The notes below the pieces were generated by a model that ran no database searches, was not told the origin of the DNA, and worked only from the letters and a program-made list of their open reading frames with translations. Positions 36,470 to 51,371 of a stretch of 64,000 nt of DNA are shown one piece after another (the stretch's first letter is position 1; each line of letters begins with the position of its first letter). Both the position numbers and the translations under genes were made by a program. Source of the DNA: Botryllus schlosseri (taxonomy: Eukaryota); the NCBI GenBank assembly GCA_051294905.1, contig CM119372.1:25732001-25796000 (forward strand), read 5' to 3'.

Positions 36470-39146
36470 TACCGACGACGTGAATTTGACACAATTGAGA
36501 ATTCCCTATATTGGTCAGCCTATATCCGTTGAGCCTAGTTTTTAATTTTTTCATCCATGCCGACCCCTAAGCTACAGCAATTCAGCTATTCCTGTATCCG
36601 GGATCATTAGGATAAAGCACAATTGAGCCTATTCATTTTAAATCGTTTGTTGACGTAAATATAATTCAGGGTTGGCAATTATCCAGAAGTAAGGACGCCA
36701 GTCAAAAGCTTTTAACATATATTCATTACGCCTATCTTAAGCACGTATAGCTGTTTTCCTATCGACAGCTTTGACTCAATGTCACAATTACAGATATTGG
36801 TAAGCACTTTCCTTTCAAATTATCATTACGAAAACGTCTTAGCACTTCCTAATTTCCGGCCAGTATTGTATCTATACCGCATGTCCCTGTGTTGAACTAT
36901 TACTTATTTGGCCGCATATCCTACATCTTTCAAATGATTTCCATTTACCCCTCTCGATTACAAATGAGTCTTTGAGGGAGCATAATGATTCAGAACTTCA
37001 CAGATCACTGTTGGCTTTTCGTGTTTTGACTGATATGCTATACTTTTCGTTCAATTCTGGAAAGTGGCAATGGACAATACAATTTTATAAGACTTTGCCC
37101 TTTTAACGAAAAATCATATAAATAAGGACCTCTAAACTCTGTGGTTACATCCCAACAATGTCAAAAACAGCGGGTGGAAGTTTCGACATCTTTACACAGT
37201 AATTAGCCTCTAGCACTCTACCGTCCAGTAGGCTAAATAGGAATATTGGTTATATTAAGAATCAACAGTCTACAAAATTATTAATAATCGTGCAAATGTG
37301 TAGGCTCGGTAGCAGTGAGATTGAATGCACGAGCCCAAAATTTGTTGCTGCGATAATGTAATGACCGGCAGTGTATCGTTGACGGTCATTTTCTGACTAA
37401 AACACCAAGTGCACTTGACAGGTTATCAAATTATAAAACACACAGATCTAGAGGAAATAAGACATGATTATGAGTTACTGACTAAGTATCAAAACGAAAA
37501 CCTTTTCTATCTAAAGATCGTCACCATGACTAATGACATGAAAACACAGAAAAGCTGTTTGATTTGTGAATAATACCAGTGACCGCCACGAAAGGTTGCT
37601 GCAAGCATGCAATAGTAAAGCAATAATGAACGCTACTGCCACACTGCATTTGTGATAGGGATGTGTTGCTTCCTTGATGAGTCAGACCCGAGAGGTTTTG
37701 AACACCTTGGAATATACAATACAAGGAAATATGCATTTTTTAGTTTGAATCTATCACTTCTGTGATGTTCCAATACAAATGGCACCGACCCAAATTAATT
37801 ATAGAAATGCAATATCACACTGACGATACCTACCCTAGGACTTGTACATCGAGGTTAAAATCTCAGAATTTTATCTTTGCAGGCAACAACACTTTCGATT
37901 TAATACTGGTGTTGACCTGACATGTAGGAATCTGCCAGAAATCTTGAGAATGCAACGAGGAGCCAGCCACATTGCACCTTATTGTCTCATGATTACATTA
38001 GCTAGAAAATCATGATATTCACGACTCGAGGCTAAACCCTTATCAATTAGGGTTACGTTAGCAACCGGATCGCCAAACGCCACAACACCACCAATGAATG
38101 CGGCCGGAGGTTAATTATAAACCGATATGTTCAACTGTTCTTGATTTTATCAATGATCTTGAAAGTACGAAATGCCTGCGTTAAGACGTGTGTGGTTGAC
38201 AGCTATCAGACAAGTGGGGCCCCTTCTGTGATTGCTTTGAAAATTCTTCAAGAAGGTCAAGAAGATGCACATGTGATTGTTCATGTTCACTCTAGGAGGC
38301 ACTAGATCGTGAAAGTGAACTAATCACTTGTCTGAATTTTGAAGTCTTGAAAATGCAACCGAACTTGAATGGATAGCCTATAGCCTATTGATATTTCCGA
38401 GTCTCGACGCGGAGATTGGCGCTTCAGCGAGCAGTGCGGCAACCCAACTGAGCCCGGATACGCTAGTGTGAGTCTTGGTTAGTGGGGGTAATCTGTTCTT
38501 GGTAAGGGGCAGAAACCCTGCCCAGTGCTCTGAATGTCTATATTTGAAGAAATCCAACTGATCACAGATAAACAGCGACAGTATCTGGTAGCCCGTCACA
38601 TTAATCAGTACCCAAAAAGAAGCTCTTGGTTTCAAAAAGGTTGGCGACCCCTGACCTATAGGCTATCCACCCCCCAAGTCCGAATTTTGCAATTTAAAAC
38701 ATATGTCTAAGTGACAGTCAGCAAGTAAAACCACAGAAGATCCTGCAGCTGCAGGATATGGTTTTTAGCTGTGAATCTTGGTGAAATATATAAGGTAATG
38801 TTTCGCACGCGAATTGATATTTTGACATAGCATAATGCATAAAGCATCCAAGGATGCCAAACCCTGGTCTAATTAATCATGCTCAAACTCCCTAATTTAC
38901 TTTTCTCGTCCAGTTTGAGATCTTGAGGTAGCTATTGTTGAGAGTTCGCATATGGTATCTTCCATTATTTGCAGTGGATCAACAGGCATCTTTTGTCTTT
39001 CATATTTACATAGCGACTTAGGCCTAACACCCCATGCTAGGCAAGCTTTTTCTGGCACATAGTCCACAAATTACACTCTCCCCACCATAAGAGTAGCCAG
39101 GATGAAAATTTGGGTGGATGGAGCCAATAATGATGTTACCACGATC

Positions 39147-39702
39147 GTAACCAAGTCGCAAGGTTCCGAGTCACGAGGCAATTTGACTTTTATAGTTTTG
39201 ACGAGTCAAGTCAAGTTATTTTCAATTCAGCACTGAGTCAAGTTCGAGTCCAATTCAGTGAGTGGCGGGTCGAGTCCTAGTCATAGTGTTGTGACTGGAG
39301 TCAGAGTCCAAGACATTGTGTTCTGTTCACTGTTCAGTTTTGAGTTCAATCTGGTTCAACTCACATTTTCAACTCTGCTCGAGTGATATAGAATGGCTCG
39401 CATTCAAAATATCGTCATTTTCCTCAGTCCTAACAGTTTCTGGCCCTATTTTCCAAGTATCAGGACTGATCAACTAAATACCAATAATATGGCGACTTTA
39501 CTATTCTTCGAAGTTGCAATTGAATGTCTGTCTTGGCCCTCCTAGTCTCAAGTCATATGACTTGGTTCGAGTCATGCACTATGACTCGAGTACAAGTCGA
39601 GTCATACACAAATTGACTTTAGTCGAGTCGAGTCATTTTACGCAAAGAAAAATTGGCTCGGGTGAAGTCGAGTCACCAAAAAATCAAGTCATTACAACCC
39701 TG
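39147..39702. mobile_element. hAT MITE, CAGGGTTGTAA family, older inverted copy
   Basis: ends ...ATTACAACCCTG; CGAGTC repeats; homologous to 45709-46287. Confidence 0.75.
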
Positions 39703-39938
39703 CTACTTTGTACTTTACAAAAGTGAAAAAGTGAGTAGGTGTAGGTCCCACTTTGCATGAAAAACCGCTTAGTAGAAGCGGAACTAGTCTCAAAACAAAC
39801 ACTTGAGTAAGTATATAGGGAAAACCTACTCAAGTGTTGAGTACTCCGAAAAAGTATAAGTACTTTGCTACTGACTACCTCTGGATAGATGTCATATCAT
39901 TACCAAACACTATCCACCATAAAAACGATGCACCTTAC

Positions 39939-40043
39939 CTCAAACGCCAAGGCAGATGGGTCGTAAGCGCTGGGTACTCTTTTCATTTTCGCTCTCGCAT
40001 ACACCACAGACTTTGTCGCATCAGGCATAGAATATCTGTTTTG
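39939..40043 (-). CDS. CRK: Crk/CrkL adaptor, coding exon 3 (linker YxxP and start of C-terminal SH3)
   Basis: TGTGCAG acceptor, GTAAGG donor; QNRYSMPDATKSVVYARAKMKRVPSAYDPSALAFE. Confidence 0.93.
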
Positions 40044-40282
40044 CTGCACAGAAAAATTAAAGCACCGATGAGCATTATTGTCACGAAGTTGTATCGCTAG
40101 ATTAGATACGTCAAACTGAATTTTGCATAATCCCAGGTTAGGTTACGTCCACTTTTACACATAAAATCTTCCCACATCGTCCAATATTAAACCTTGAGAT
40201 TGACACGAATTAGAATGAGAGGGTAAATTAGATGGCATTCCATTCTTTGAACACTATGTATTGAGCATTAGACAAGACAAGA

Positions 40283-40430
40283 CAGCGTAATATGGTGGAG
40301 CGTCTGGCTCTTGATCGGTAGGTCATGGATTCAATGCCAGGCAGGATCATAGCATAGACCTGATCAATAACACTGGTATCCATGACTTCCCCGCTTGGCG
40401 CTCAGCATTACTGGGACAGCATGGAGAGGT
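40283..40430 (+). mobile_element. old tRNA-derived SINE copy in Crk intron 2
   Basis: degenerate A/B boxes and CTGGTATCC...CGCTTGGCGCTCAGCATT core shared with 60863-61115. Confidence 0.6.
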
Positions 40431-40942
40431 GGTGCAAGACTTAAAAAGCCTTACAATACAATAATGGTATGTATATGCACGGAGAGTGTGTTTGTATATC
40501 ATTATCCGGTGTATATGCAATATGCAGCCAAAATACTTCTATTAGGGATTGTCCCCACTGAATAACTAGCCTTCGGTTCATTTATCCTGAAAACTCTGTC
40601 ATATCATATCTTTACATTCTCGTAATTTGGTGCCTATGTCACAGACTAATAGTGACTAGTGTGAGAACACAACATTACCGCCTGACATCTGTGAAGTGGT
40701 ATAATCCGCATAAGGACATGAAGTATTTATTAAATCTTAACATTTGAGACTAAATGTGTTGGACTAGCATTTTTCGTCTACTCATGATTGCTTTACAGGC
40801 TGTATGTTTGACATCCCTGTTCCACATTGAATGAGATTGATCACATTCCATTGTGGTAAAATTACTAGTCCACTGCAGCATTGCAATATGTTGAAAAGAA
40901 CACAACTGAATAGAATAGTTAGTATGACTGTGATATACTTAC

Positions 40943-41047
40943 ACTTGTTTGGTTAACTAGTTGGTAGCCTGCTGGCATCGACTTTCGGTTGCTTGGGTTC
41001 GGGACAAATGGCTTCACATAAGGAACTGGAATTTGGCCTTCCTTTCC
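40943..41047 (-). CDS. CRK: Crk/CrkL adaptor, coding exon 2 (end of N-terminal SH3)
   Basis: TCTTCAG acceptor, GTAAGT donor; GKEGQIPVPYVKPFVPNPSNRKSMPAGYQLVNQTS. Confidence 0.95.
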
Positions 41048-42928
41048 CTGAAGATAAAATTCATGTTGACAGAAGCGCTTGATTAAAAAGAAATTTGTAG
41101 AGATTGAGAGGGTTTAATTCCATTATGGAAGTCAATAGATCTATTAAAAGCTAATATTCTGCAAATAATAAGGTAGGACGAGATGGCAATATATCAATGA
41201 TGAACTTCGGATCATAGTAACAAAAATAACAAATGGGCATTTACTCTCTAACCTTATTCAGTGATGTAAACAACTCATAAAAAAACATCACCTGCACTTC
41301 ACACAAGTATACTGCCACCAAATATCCAACTACGTACATCAACATGGGCTCCATTTTTATTATATTTCCAATAAACATGAACAGAACGGTGATGTCAGAC
41401 TGAGCAACATAAGATTATGATGACTGGCACTGGCAGATAATCTTAATGAAAATGGATCCCTGTATAACAGAACTTTGCTTAGCTACTATGATAAACTTCA
41501 AAACCACATTAAAAAATGTAGCAGCAGGCCTATATAGTAGGCTAGATCATACGGTGGAGTTGCAGAGGTCATACTTCTGAATATGGTTTGTATTATTTCA
41601 ACAGAATATTTCTGACTCCGATATCATAACATGGTAACATTTTCCTTATGTTGTTGAGTGCCTTTTTCGCGAATATTTATTCATTGAACGATAACATCAT
41701 ATCAATATGAAGATTGGATATTTGATACTCTGATTTCAATTCTAGCATCAGCTTATAGCAAGGTCAGTAATTGATCCAACAAGTAACAACGCCAAATATT
41801 ATTTATTGAGACATGATCCTTAATATTATTGGAATTGAAATGACTGCTAACTGGATCGAGATGATTAGGGAGGGAATTCAAATTTTATGGCTTCAAAATA
41901 GTCAAATACACAATAGTTATATAATATATATATATATATATTATATTAAGGTTAAGCTATACCTGGTGCTTAGAGGGATCAAAGTTCATATTAAAAATTA
42001 CTGACTGGACGAATAATCGCGATTCACTTATTAATAGCAACAATACAAATGAATTGCACGCAGTCTGTTGAAAAACATGAAACAAAAGTTCACGTACCGT
42101 AACATTGGTTCAGTGCATTTTATGACTAGAGCATGGCGTAGGCTATTGCTTAGACATGAGGCGCTTATTGCGGTTATGATTAATTATGAATTGTGGGCTT
42201 ATGATTGCAGAAAAATCTAGTAGTAGGAGTACATCGCACAGTAATCATGATGACATTTATACTGCATCTATGAACTATATCCATTTTCGAAGACACTACA
42301 ACAACTGCAACGAGACTGCTGCACGAGATCACAATTTATAGAAATTGTGACGTCATCATTTCTCATTTACTTGCTACATCGCAATAATCCAAAATCCAAT
42401 GCCCAAATTTGCCGCTACTGTATCTTGCCCGCAACAATTTCGATTCTAGCTACGAATCATGCTAACATATAAGCAGATAACTGACGACAGATTCAAATTC
42501 TTAGCAAATAATTTCAAAAGAACGCAGTAAGGTAAGATAAAAAGAACAGGATCTTCTGCCATGGCGGATATTGCTTATTTTAATGTAGCCTACCTAATTT
42601 AAATCATACAACCCACATTATACTGATACTACAAGCCATAAAAAGATGAATTAGATCAGCAACCGCAGCGTCCTAATGATTTTGATACTGAAATCAGTAT
42701 GTTATATTGGCCGAAAAGTAAATTTCAAACCATAAGCTCAATATGTTAAGGGGCATTCTCCTGTTTCAACTCCCCGTCTAATAACGTTTAAACTTTGTTC
42801 ACCTGCAAAGGATAACCAAATATCAATTTTACTAATAGCGATGATGAGATGCATGATTTCAAAAATCTTTTTATTATTTATATATTGCACGTCAGAAAAA
42901 CCGGCCGTTCATTGCATTTTGATCAAGA

Positions 42929-43824
<896 letters not shown>

Positions 43825-43999
43825 TCAAATTCAGAGGGCAACCGTGCAGTTGAGTTGCAAACTCCTAGTTTGAATTGGTAGCCAATGATCTTTTTAAACA
43901 GAAAGAGGAGCTTTGAGTTGCGTCAGATTTCAAAATGCGAATACAATATCAATGTGAACCAATTTGATGAGGCCAGGTGCCTTTTCCTCAAGGAGCACA

Positions 44000-44385
44000 C
44001 ATATTTTAGATAATGGATTATGCCTGCAATCATTGGCTCAACACGGAAGTCAGACACCACCACCTATCTTTGTGGAAATAAATTTTTGGCACTTGTTGAT
44101 ATCAAATCAAAGGCGCAAATTTTCAAGACAAGACCACATTATTTCAAGAAATGCAGCTGTAGAATTTGCTGTAGTAAATGCAGCTGTATAGTAACTCAAT
44201 TTCCAATAAATAGTGTGATGTTTTTTTAAATAAAGGCATTTCGTCTAGCATACATTTTATATTCGCAAAACACAGATAAAGTTGCATGATAATTGAGCTA
44301 AATATGAACTAAAACTTGTGGGCTCTGCGGGGGTCCTTAACAATCTAAAAGAGGTCTGCGAAGACATAAAGGGTGAAAACCACTG
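44000..44385. mobile_element. hAT MITE end (inverted relative of 49295-49620)
   Basis: ends GGTGAAAACCACTG; internal homology to the element starting CAGTGGTTCTCAACC at 49295. Confidence 0.55.
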
Positions 44386-44589
44386 CCTTAGAAAATCTCA
44401 TCCACTGGTGAAGAAAACCACTGATGGTGCCAAGCTGGGGTACGGCCAGACTGGAATCGGTGGTTGTTTTCGACAACATGTTGTGCGTGACAGACGGATT
44501 TCTCACGTGATTGGAAAATTTCATCCGCGTGACGGAAATATTTTTCGCTCCGATTCAATACTGAATTACTTATTAAACGACACAATGTG

Positions 44590-44840
44590 CTAAAATAGAC
44601 CTGGTATACGCCGGATTAGGGCTACGCTGTTTATTCGCTGTTACGCAAATGCCACGCTTGCTTGAGTTCGTTGTAAAGCGCAAGCGCCTTATTCTGGATC
44701 TGGACTCTGGTATCGCTTTGTGACGTCAGCATATTTCAATAAATGGCGTGATCAGATATAAATGCTCGCGTGACGTTGCGCGTGACGTTGCGCGTGCTGT
44801 TGCCATCGATTCCACTATGGGGGTACGGTACGGTAAGTTA
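44590..44840. promoter_or_regulatory. candidate Crk promoter / 5' region
   Basis: CpG-rich patch ~0.8-1 kb upstream of the Crk ATG with a full CRE TGACGTCA (44721-44728) and tandem CGCGTGACGTTG. Confidence 0.3.
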
Positions 44841-45708
44841 AGAACTGGGTACTGGGTAGGATTGCTGCATATAAACTCCAGCACTGTCACGCTGTGGCAA
44901 GCCCACAAAAGATTACTCCATTTCTCATTTCTCTCATCTCACGGGAAATCGATGGCTATAAATATCAGTCGTACATTTTCTTAAAATGTAAATCTACGAC
45001 TTTTATCAACTGCATTTTAGGCCAAATAACGTGGACAGGATGGATAGACGATGCGTAGACTATACCGTAGTTCCACTACAACTATACTGTAACTAGTGAC
45101 TTTTATCTAATATACCGTGGAAGATTGGAGTGCTTACTGTTAAGTGTTAAGTGTTTATAGTGCTCAGCAATCAGCATCAGCATTCAGTCATTGAGTAGCA
45201 GACCACGATTGATTCAATACAGCATTATTTACAGACGTAAATACCGGTAAATACATAGACCTGATTGTTAAGAAGATAAGCGGTATACAACTGTAACTAA
45301 TAAAGCACTAAGCATAAGCAGTGAGTATACACTGTGAAATCATTGGATAAGTAGAATAGACGATACTGTATAGAACAGGATTACAAAAATTACAGCAGCC
45401 TAGTTCGTCTATAATGAACTAACAAGCGATCCTCTAGCATAAAGAATAACCGGATTTGAAATTTAGACATAGCAGAACTCGACAAAATCTTCCGACCCTC
45501 CCATATTACAAATCCATTTACTAACATTTCCCAACAATTAACTTTCTTTTTCGTTACAAGATTCTTCGACCTACCTTTGCCTCCACTAGAGGCACAATAC
45601 AGATAATAACGGTGGACTACTGAGCCATAAACTATAATGAATGGGACAGAAAAGATTGTATTTTTTATCCACCAGGCCACATGCTCACATCATAGAATGA
45701 CATTCAGT

Positions 45709-46287
45709 CAGGGTTGTAATGACTCGAATCATGACTCGACTCGAGTCAAGAATTTCGGGTGACTCGACTTGACTCGAGTCATTTTCTCAAAATACGGAAA
45801 TGACTCGACTCGACTCGAGTCAATTTTTGTGTTGACTCGACTTGGACTCGAGTCATTACGCCTGACTCGAACTAAGTCATATGACTCGATACTCATACTG
45901 CCAACACAGACATTTCATTGTAATTTCGAAGAATAGTAAAGTAACGACCGTATTGGGATTTGATCTATTGGTACTGGTACTTGAAAATGCGATTAATTAC
46001 TGCTAAAAGTGAGAGAAAGTATAGTGTATTATAGATGCGAACCATTTGATATCACCAAACAGAGTTATGAAAAGTGGGTTTACCAAGACTTTACCTGGAA
46101 ACTGAGCAGTCAACACAATGACTTGGACTTATATGGACTCGAGTCATAATACCATGACTCGGACTCGACCCTCTGCTCGCTGACTTGGACTCGGACTTGA
46201 CTCGGTGGTGAATTGAAAATGACTCGACTTGACTCGAGTCAAAACTATAAAAGTGAAATTGACTTGTGACTTGGTTACAACCCCCCG
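45709..46287. mobile_element. hAT MITE, CAGGGTTGTAA family with GACTCGAGTC repeats
   Basis: CAGGGTTGTAA / TTACAACCCCCCG ends; TSD CATTCAGT / CATTGAGT. Confidence 0.85.
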
Positions 46288-46869
46288 CATTGAGTGACAC
46301 TTGCTTGAGCCAGAACAAGAATAGTTTATAACACGATTGTCCGTTGGTGTATCGATATTCGATAGTTGGTGGTCTATATCAGAGTACCGATGAAGCGGCA
46401 TGAAAATGCTCAAGTACTTTGGCGTAACCAGGAGACGAAAGGGGACATGCTTCACCAAAGTTCTCGAAATTTGTCATAAATTAATATAAGGTGTAATCTA
46501 TTTCTTAGCAAATGTATTCAACCATGGATATATAGAACTCTGCCTTATAATAGATTCAAAAAAGACCTACTTGATCACCTCCTGTCGTTATACTAACACT
46601 GTTGCCCTACCTCGCCCAGACATTGCTTCATTGATCATTTGCTACCTACCATCGTTAAATTTTTCTTCTATTTTCTTTTTTAACTAAACATTTCTTACAG
46701 CCAGACTGTTCAGAGTCAACTGTACCTGTTTGATGCTGGTGTGATCAGATTAGATGACCTTCACGAGCTTATCGATCATTCCTATTTAATACCGAATACT
46801 GTGCATGCATATTTTCTGTACCACCATCACTGCCGTTTGTTATGTATTTTGGTTGGGTGAAAATAAAAA

Positions 46870-46894
46870 CTCTCTCTCTCTCTCGCTCGCTCTC

Positions 46895-46928
<34 letters not shown>
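46870..46928. repeat. (CT)n microsatellite with CG interruptions
   Basis: direct inspection. Confidence 0.95.
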
Positions 46929-46995
46929 CCTGTATTCAACTTGAAAATTTCCTTCACGCAATTAATCAATGGACAAGGACAGATTATATCTTCAT

Positions 46996-48258
46996 CAGAG
47001 GTGGTCAAAGTAGTCAAAAAAGCTACCCAAGTAGAAGTAGAAGTAGCGACGAAAAAAATCTACTCAAGTACGAGTAAAAGTACTTTTTCCTTAAGCAACC
47101 TAAAGCTACTTGAAGTAGAAATGGGATTAATTGACTTTAAATCTACTCGAGTAACTAAGTAGTTGTGAAAACGATCGTAATTCGTTCGCATGGATTGTCG
47201 AAAGCTCCATATTAAACTATGCGAAAGGTGCAGCGAGCTTGATTTATTTTGATGCATACCAGGAGGTATCCAATTTTCGACAGTCTTCCGCATCTTGGGA
47301 TGAAAATTGCTAATAAACCAATGATCATGAAAATGATAGTAGGCCTATTATGAAACTGCGATACTAAATCCTCTGTTTACTCGAACAGCCCGTTTTAGAA
47401 TATATATCATGGTATAGCGCCTTCCCCCATATTATAAGGCCCGTAGTTTAGTCGAATAGCAATACAGAGAAGTTGTATCGGATACGGTGTAAACACTTTG
47501 CGCGATTAGTAAACGTTAATAAAAAATATGGTGGATCGTAAAAATGCCATATGGTGTGGGTTTATTTCCGGAAATTAAAGACATTTCTACGCTTGATTTT
47601 ATCCTTCAACATGTATGTGCTCCAGACAAAAGAACTGCAACTAATTGGAACTCGAAGTAATATACTGGGAATTAAAAGAGAAATATAAATACTACTTCTA
47701 AAAGCGGAAATGCATTTGATATCTTTGGTCCAGAAAGTTTCAAAGGTGGTCAGAGTCCACTTTTCCAAATTAGGACACGCCATGGACTGCTAGATTACGA
47801 TGCGAAACATCAGTTTCAAACGTTATGATGAGCCATATAGGCTATACTGTGATGAAATATTTCATACGGGCGACAATGCAGTGTGAACGGAGCCACGCAA
47901 CCCACTACCTAAATTATATTCATCGATACTTTAGTGAAATCATATTGGTCACTCCATAACCACTGTGCGCGAAGCGCGACGAAAATTTTGAGCTTTCTGA
48001 ATTTTAAATGTTGATAATCCGTGAAAACAGCCCCGAAAGTCCTCAGGCTTTCCATCAACCTGATTGGAGGATTAAATTACTTCTACTTGAGAAACTGAAA
48101 ATAGCGAAAAGTAAGTAAGTAGATCATAAAATATTACGAAGTAGAAGGAAAGTAGCGAAGTAGCGGGAAATTAGAGCTACCTGAGTAAGTACCCAAGTAG
48201 CTGAAAACTCCTTGAGTACTTCAAAAAAGTATATGTACTTCGTTATTGACCACCTCTG
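46996..48258. mobile_element. CAGAGGTGGTC-family hAT, copy 3
   Basis: both TIRs present; TSD ATCTTCAT / ATTTTCAT. Confidence 0.9.
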
Positions 48259-48584
48259 ATTTTCATCTGCCCAACACACACACACACACACACTGCGATA
48301 TACAAGACACACAATGCGACGTAATGAACAGATGTCAGAGTCTTCTTCGACGTTTTTCTTTCTTCGTCGGTCCTTTTCTTAGAAGCTATATCGTGTTTTT
48401 TTCTTTCTTCATCGGGTCTTTTTATTTGGACTCTGGTATTGTGACGCAGCCATGCCATCTGAGCAGCTCAGGAGCAAGTGCGCATGAGAGTGAGAATTCT
48501 CAATCGGTTGCGCAACAATGGCCAACACGCTTGCGGTTTTCGCTGCTCCCATACGGCATGGTTACGTCACAATACCGAACTCCG

Positions 48585-48823
48585 TCACGATGCAACATTT
48601 GAGGTTGATTTTGGGAGGTTCCAGGACCACGAGCAGAATAACATTTATATTCTCGCAATCAGTACCGCGGTAGCTTTCGATTGATACCCGTTTTATCAAA
48701 TCGCGCTCGGCAAGCCGGTCAAAAATTACCTTCAAATTGCCTTTAGCCGAATGGAAAGTGTGACGTACACCAATTTTACTGAGCCGTGAGATTTTCTTGT
48801 GTCCACACCATATAGGACACTAT
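48585..48823 (-). mobile_element. terminal fragment of an ATAGTGTCCTATATGG-family repeat
   Basis: ends CCATATAGGACACTAT; homologous to 20609-20850. Confidence 0.65.
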
Positions 48824-48864
48824 TCTTTTATTTTTCATTCACTGTGCATGTCTCCTTTTTACAT

Positions 48865-48990
48865 CATGGGTGTCTGATTTCGAATACTACTCCAAGTCGT
48901 TTCGACACCAACCTATCTTTCATTGTATCGCAGTCTTGCGGTGTATTGAAATGATGAAAATTGCAGCAATAAATTGAATTGAATTGAATT
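48865..48990 (+). mobile_element. LINE-like 3' tail
   Basis: ends AATAAATTGAATTGAATTGAATT; homologous to ~59575-59735. Confidence 0.55.
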
Positions 48991-49294
48991 CATATACGCG
49001 CCTATGGTCGGCCCCGAATATGCCTGTTTTGGCAATTTGAGAAAACGCCGCACCCCATGATGAAATGTCAACTTGGAATTTTGTGTCTCACGATAAGACC
49101 TTCTTCTTTTTTTTTAGTTTTTCTTTCAGTCTGGTAGCCTACAATTGTTCCATTCCAATATCTTTTAACCGTATAGCCAGCACCGGGAGGTCACGAAGTA
49201 TAGAGGAACATGCAACAGATTAATTAATGACAACGCCCGCCCCCGTAGATGCATAATTAAGAATCGATATCATTGAGATTAACATGCCTTAAAC

Positions 49295-49620
49295 CAGTGG
49301 TTCTCAACCTTTTTGTCTTCGCGGACCTCCTTTGGATCGTCACGGACCACGCGGACCCCCGCAAGTTTTCGTTCATAATTAGCTCAATTATCGTGCAACC
49401 ATCCGTCTTGTGCGAATAATAATTGTAGGCTAGTAATAAACAGCCACAAAATGACTTTTCTTGAAAATAACACCACCATATATGTAGAAATTGGGCAGAC
49501 GTATATTATTTGGAAGCAAATTTTACAGCTGTATTTATTGTATTGGAAATACGCGTCTTCGGTTTCATATGAACGAGTGTCGAAAATCTATTTCCACAAT
49601 GATAGGTGGTGGCGAACGTA
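49295..49620. mobile_element. left part of a Charlie-type hAT MITE
   Basis: CAGTGGTTCTCAACCTTTTT start with GCGGACC motifs. Confidence 0.6.
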
Positions 49621-51371
49621 ATAATAACGCGAAACGCTTCCGACGACAGCTCTTGGTGTGAGTTTTCAATGAATATATCACGTCCAGCCTAGTCATTTCT
49701 ATCTAACATCTCATCTTGAAGTTATTTAGTGGTTAGGTTATATCACAGGAGAAAATGGATTTCGTGCCGAGTTTTCAATTCCTTCATTGGGACAGATTTG
49801 GGAAAAATCAGGAATTTCTATTTCATACGATTGTTTACTAATTTGATGAGGCTGACAACTGCAAATCCAAAATGTTTTGCATGCATTTTGAAGTCATAAC
49901 CTGTTTGACCACCAACGTAAAATTTTTCCACATACCCCAAAAAAGCAACTCTAAGCAGGAATATGTTCGCATTGGCAGTTTGGCACTAATGACTGCTAAG
50001 TGAGACAATCGATTTCAGGAGGTCTGCATGAAAAATGGATCGCAAAATCATTACACAGTGTTATTATAGATCTATACGTACACGCACAGTACGAGCGAAT
50101 ACGAGAAAATCACGCAAATCTAATGTTTACTGCTTATGCAACGCCCTCCTTATAAATCACAATGCATCGATTGTGGCATCCTGTAGCCGGGACCGGAGTT
50201 TTGTAACACAAAGTCCGCATGCACAATGGCACATGCATACTGGAATTGATGCCGACATCATAGCTCGCTCTAATTCCTTCTTGAGGAATTCACGTGATCA
50301 GGCGCGTAGCCAGCCGAAAAATAAGGGGGGGGGGGTTTGAAATAAAATGAGGGGTTTCGAATTAGTATTAGCGGATATGAATTGTACGCTTGCACGCACG
50401 CACATGTTTGCGAACATTCGACGTCGTTCAGTTTCGCAATGTCACCTTTTAATAACAATCGCTAACCAGAATATACTTAACGGCGCATTGTCTCCAAGCC
50501 ATCGAGAGATAGGAGCCAACTCTTACATTGTGCACAGGCGTATCTGGCTAATTGGCAACACGCTTCTCGGTAATTGGCCGCGCGCAACACTGATAATACG
50601 ACTGACTGAAGTTTACTAAAAGTGTAGAATGCATTAGCAAAGATACTTTTTTATCCGGTTAACCGTCAGAAATATATCCAGATATCAGATAATAAAAATA
50701 CCTGCGGTCAACCGTTATCCGGATAATCCAACCCTAGTCCGCCCGAAGGTGTTTGATTATTATTTACGGGCCCTACATTTTCCAAGACACCTCACTCAGC
50801 TTTACATGTAAATCTGATTACGTGAGCAGAGAGAGAGAGAGGATTAAAAACTTTTAGGAAAATATATGCAATTCCGGATCATATTGACTGATTCAATCAT
50901 GAAGTATAGAACATCCTCGCGCTTCGCGCGTTCATGCGGTATAAGCACTGAGCAGTACAACAGAACTCGCTAATAAGTAGCGGCAACTTCGCCCAGCCTG
51001 ATGGGAGTTCTGGAGTGGGGAACAAAGCAGCCAACTCAATTTGGAGCGTTACATCATTCAATATGTGTTAGTAAATGTTCTGCGACCATAATTATGGAAT
51101 TACTGCTACATATCGCCAATGGTTCGGAGGAGTATTCTTGCTCATGAAAGACACAAGGCAGACTAATTCCACGAGGTATAATGTATCAAAAGAATCCTCC
51201 CATACATGGTATGTAGTACTGCTGTGATGCATTGTTGCATTAATGATACCAAAACAGGCAGTGAAAGCTAGTCAACGATGACCTATATTTATCGCGAAGT
51301 ATATACCGGCGCTTGGTAGAGCTCCCCCATTCGTGTATATTTAATCTTGATGTCTTGTCATTTGTTTACGC

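Larger units (their letters stand above)
45480..46970 (+). mobile_element. highly decayed LINE RT 3' region interrupted by a hAT MITE
   Basis: frameshifted TYL.LH...GQKRLYFL resembles the CR1/L2/Rex RT C-terminal KYLG...QRLYFL motif. Confidence 0.3.

Noticed and set aside
46769..47162. ORFs with RERERE / SLSLSL runs
   Set aside because: Translations of the (CT)n microsatellite and an adjacent MITE end
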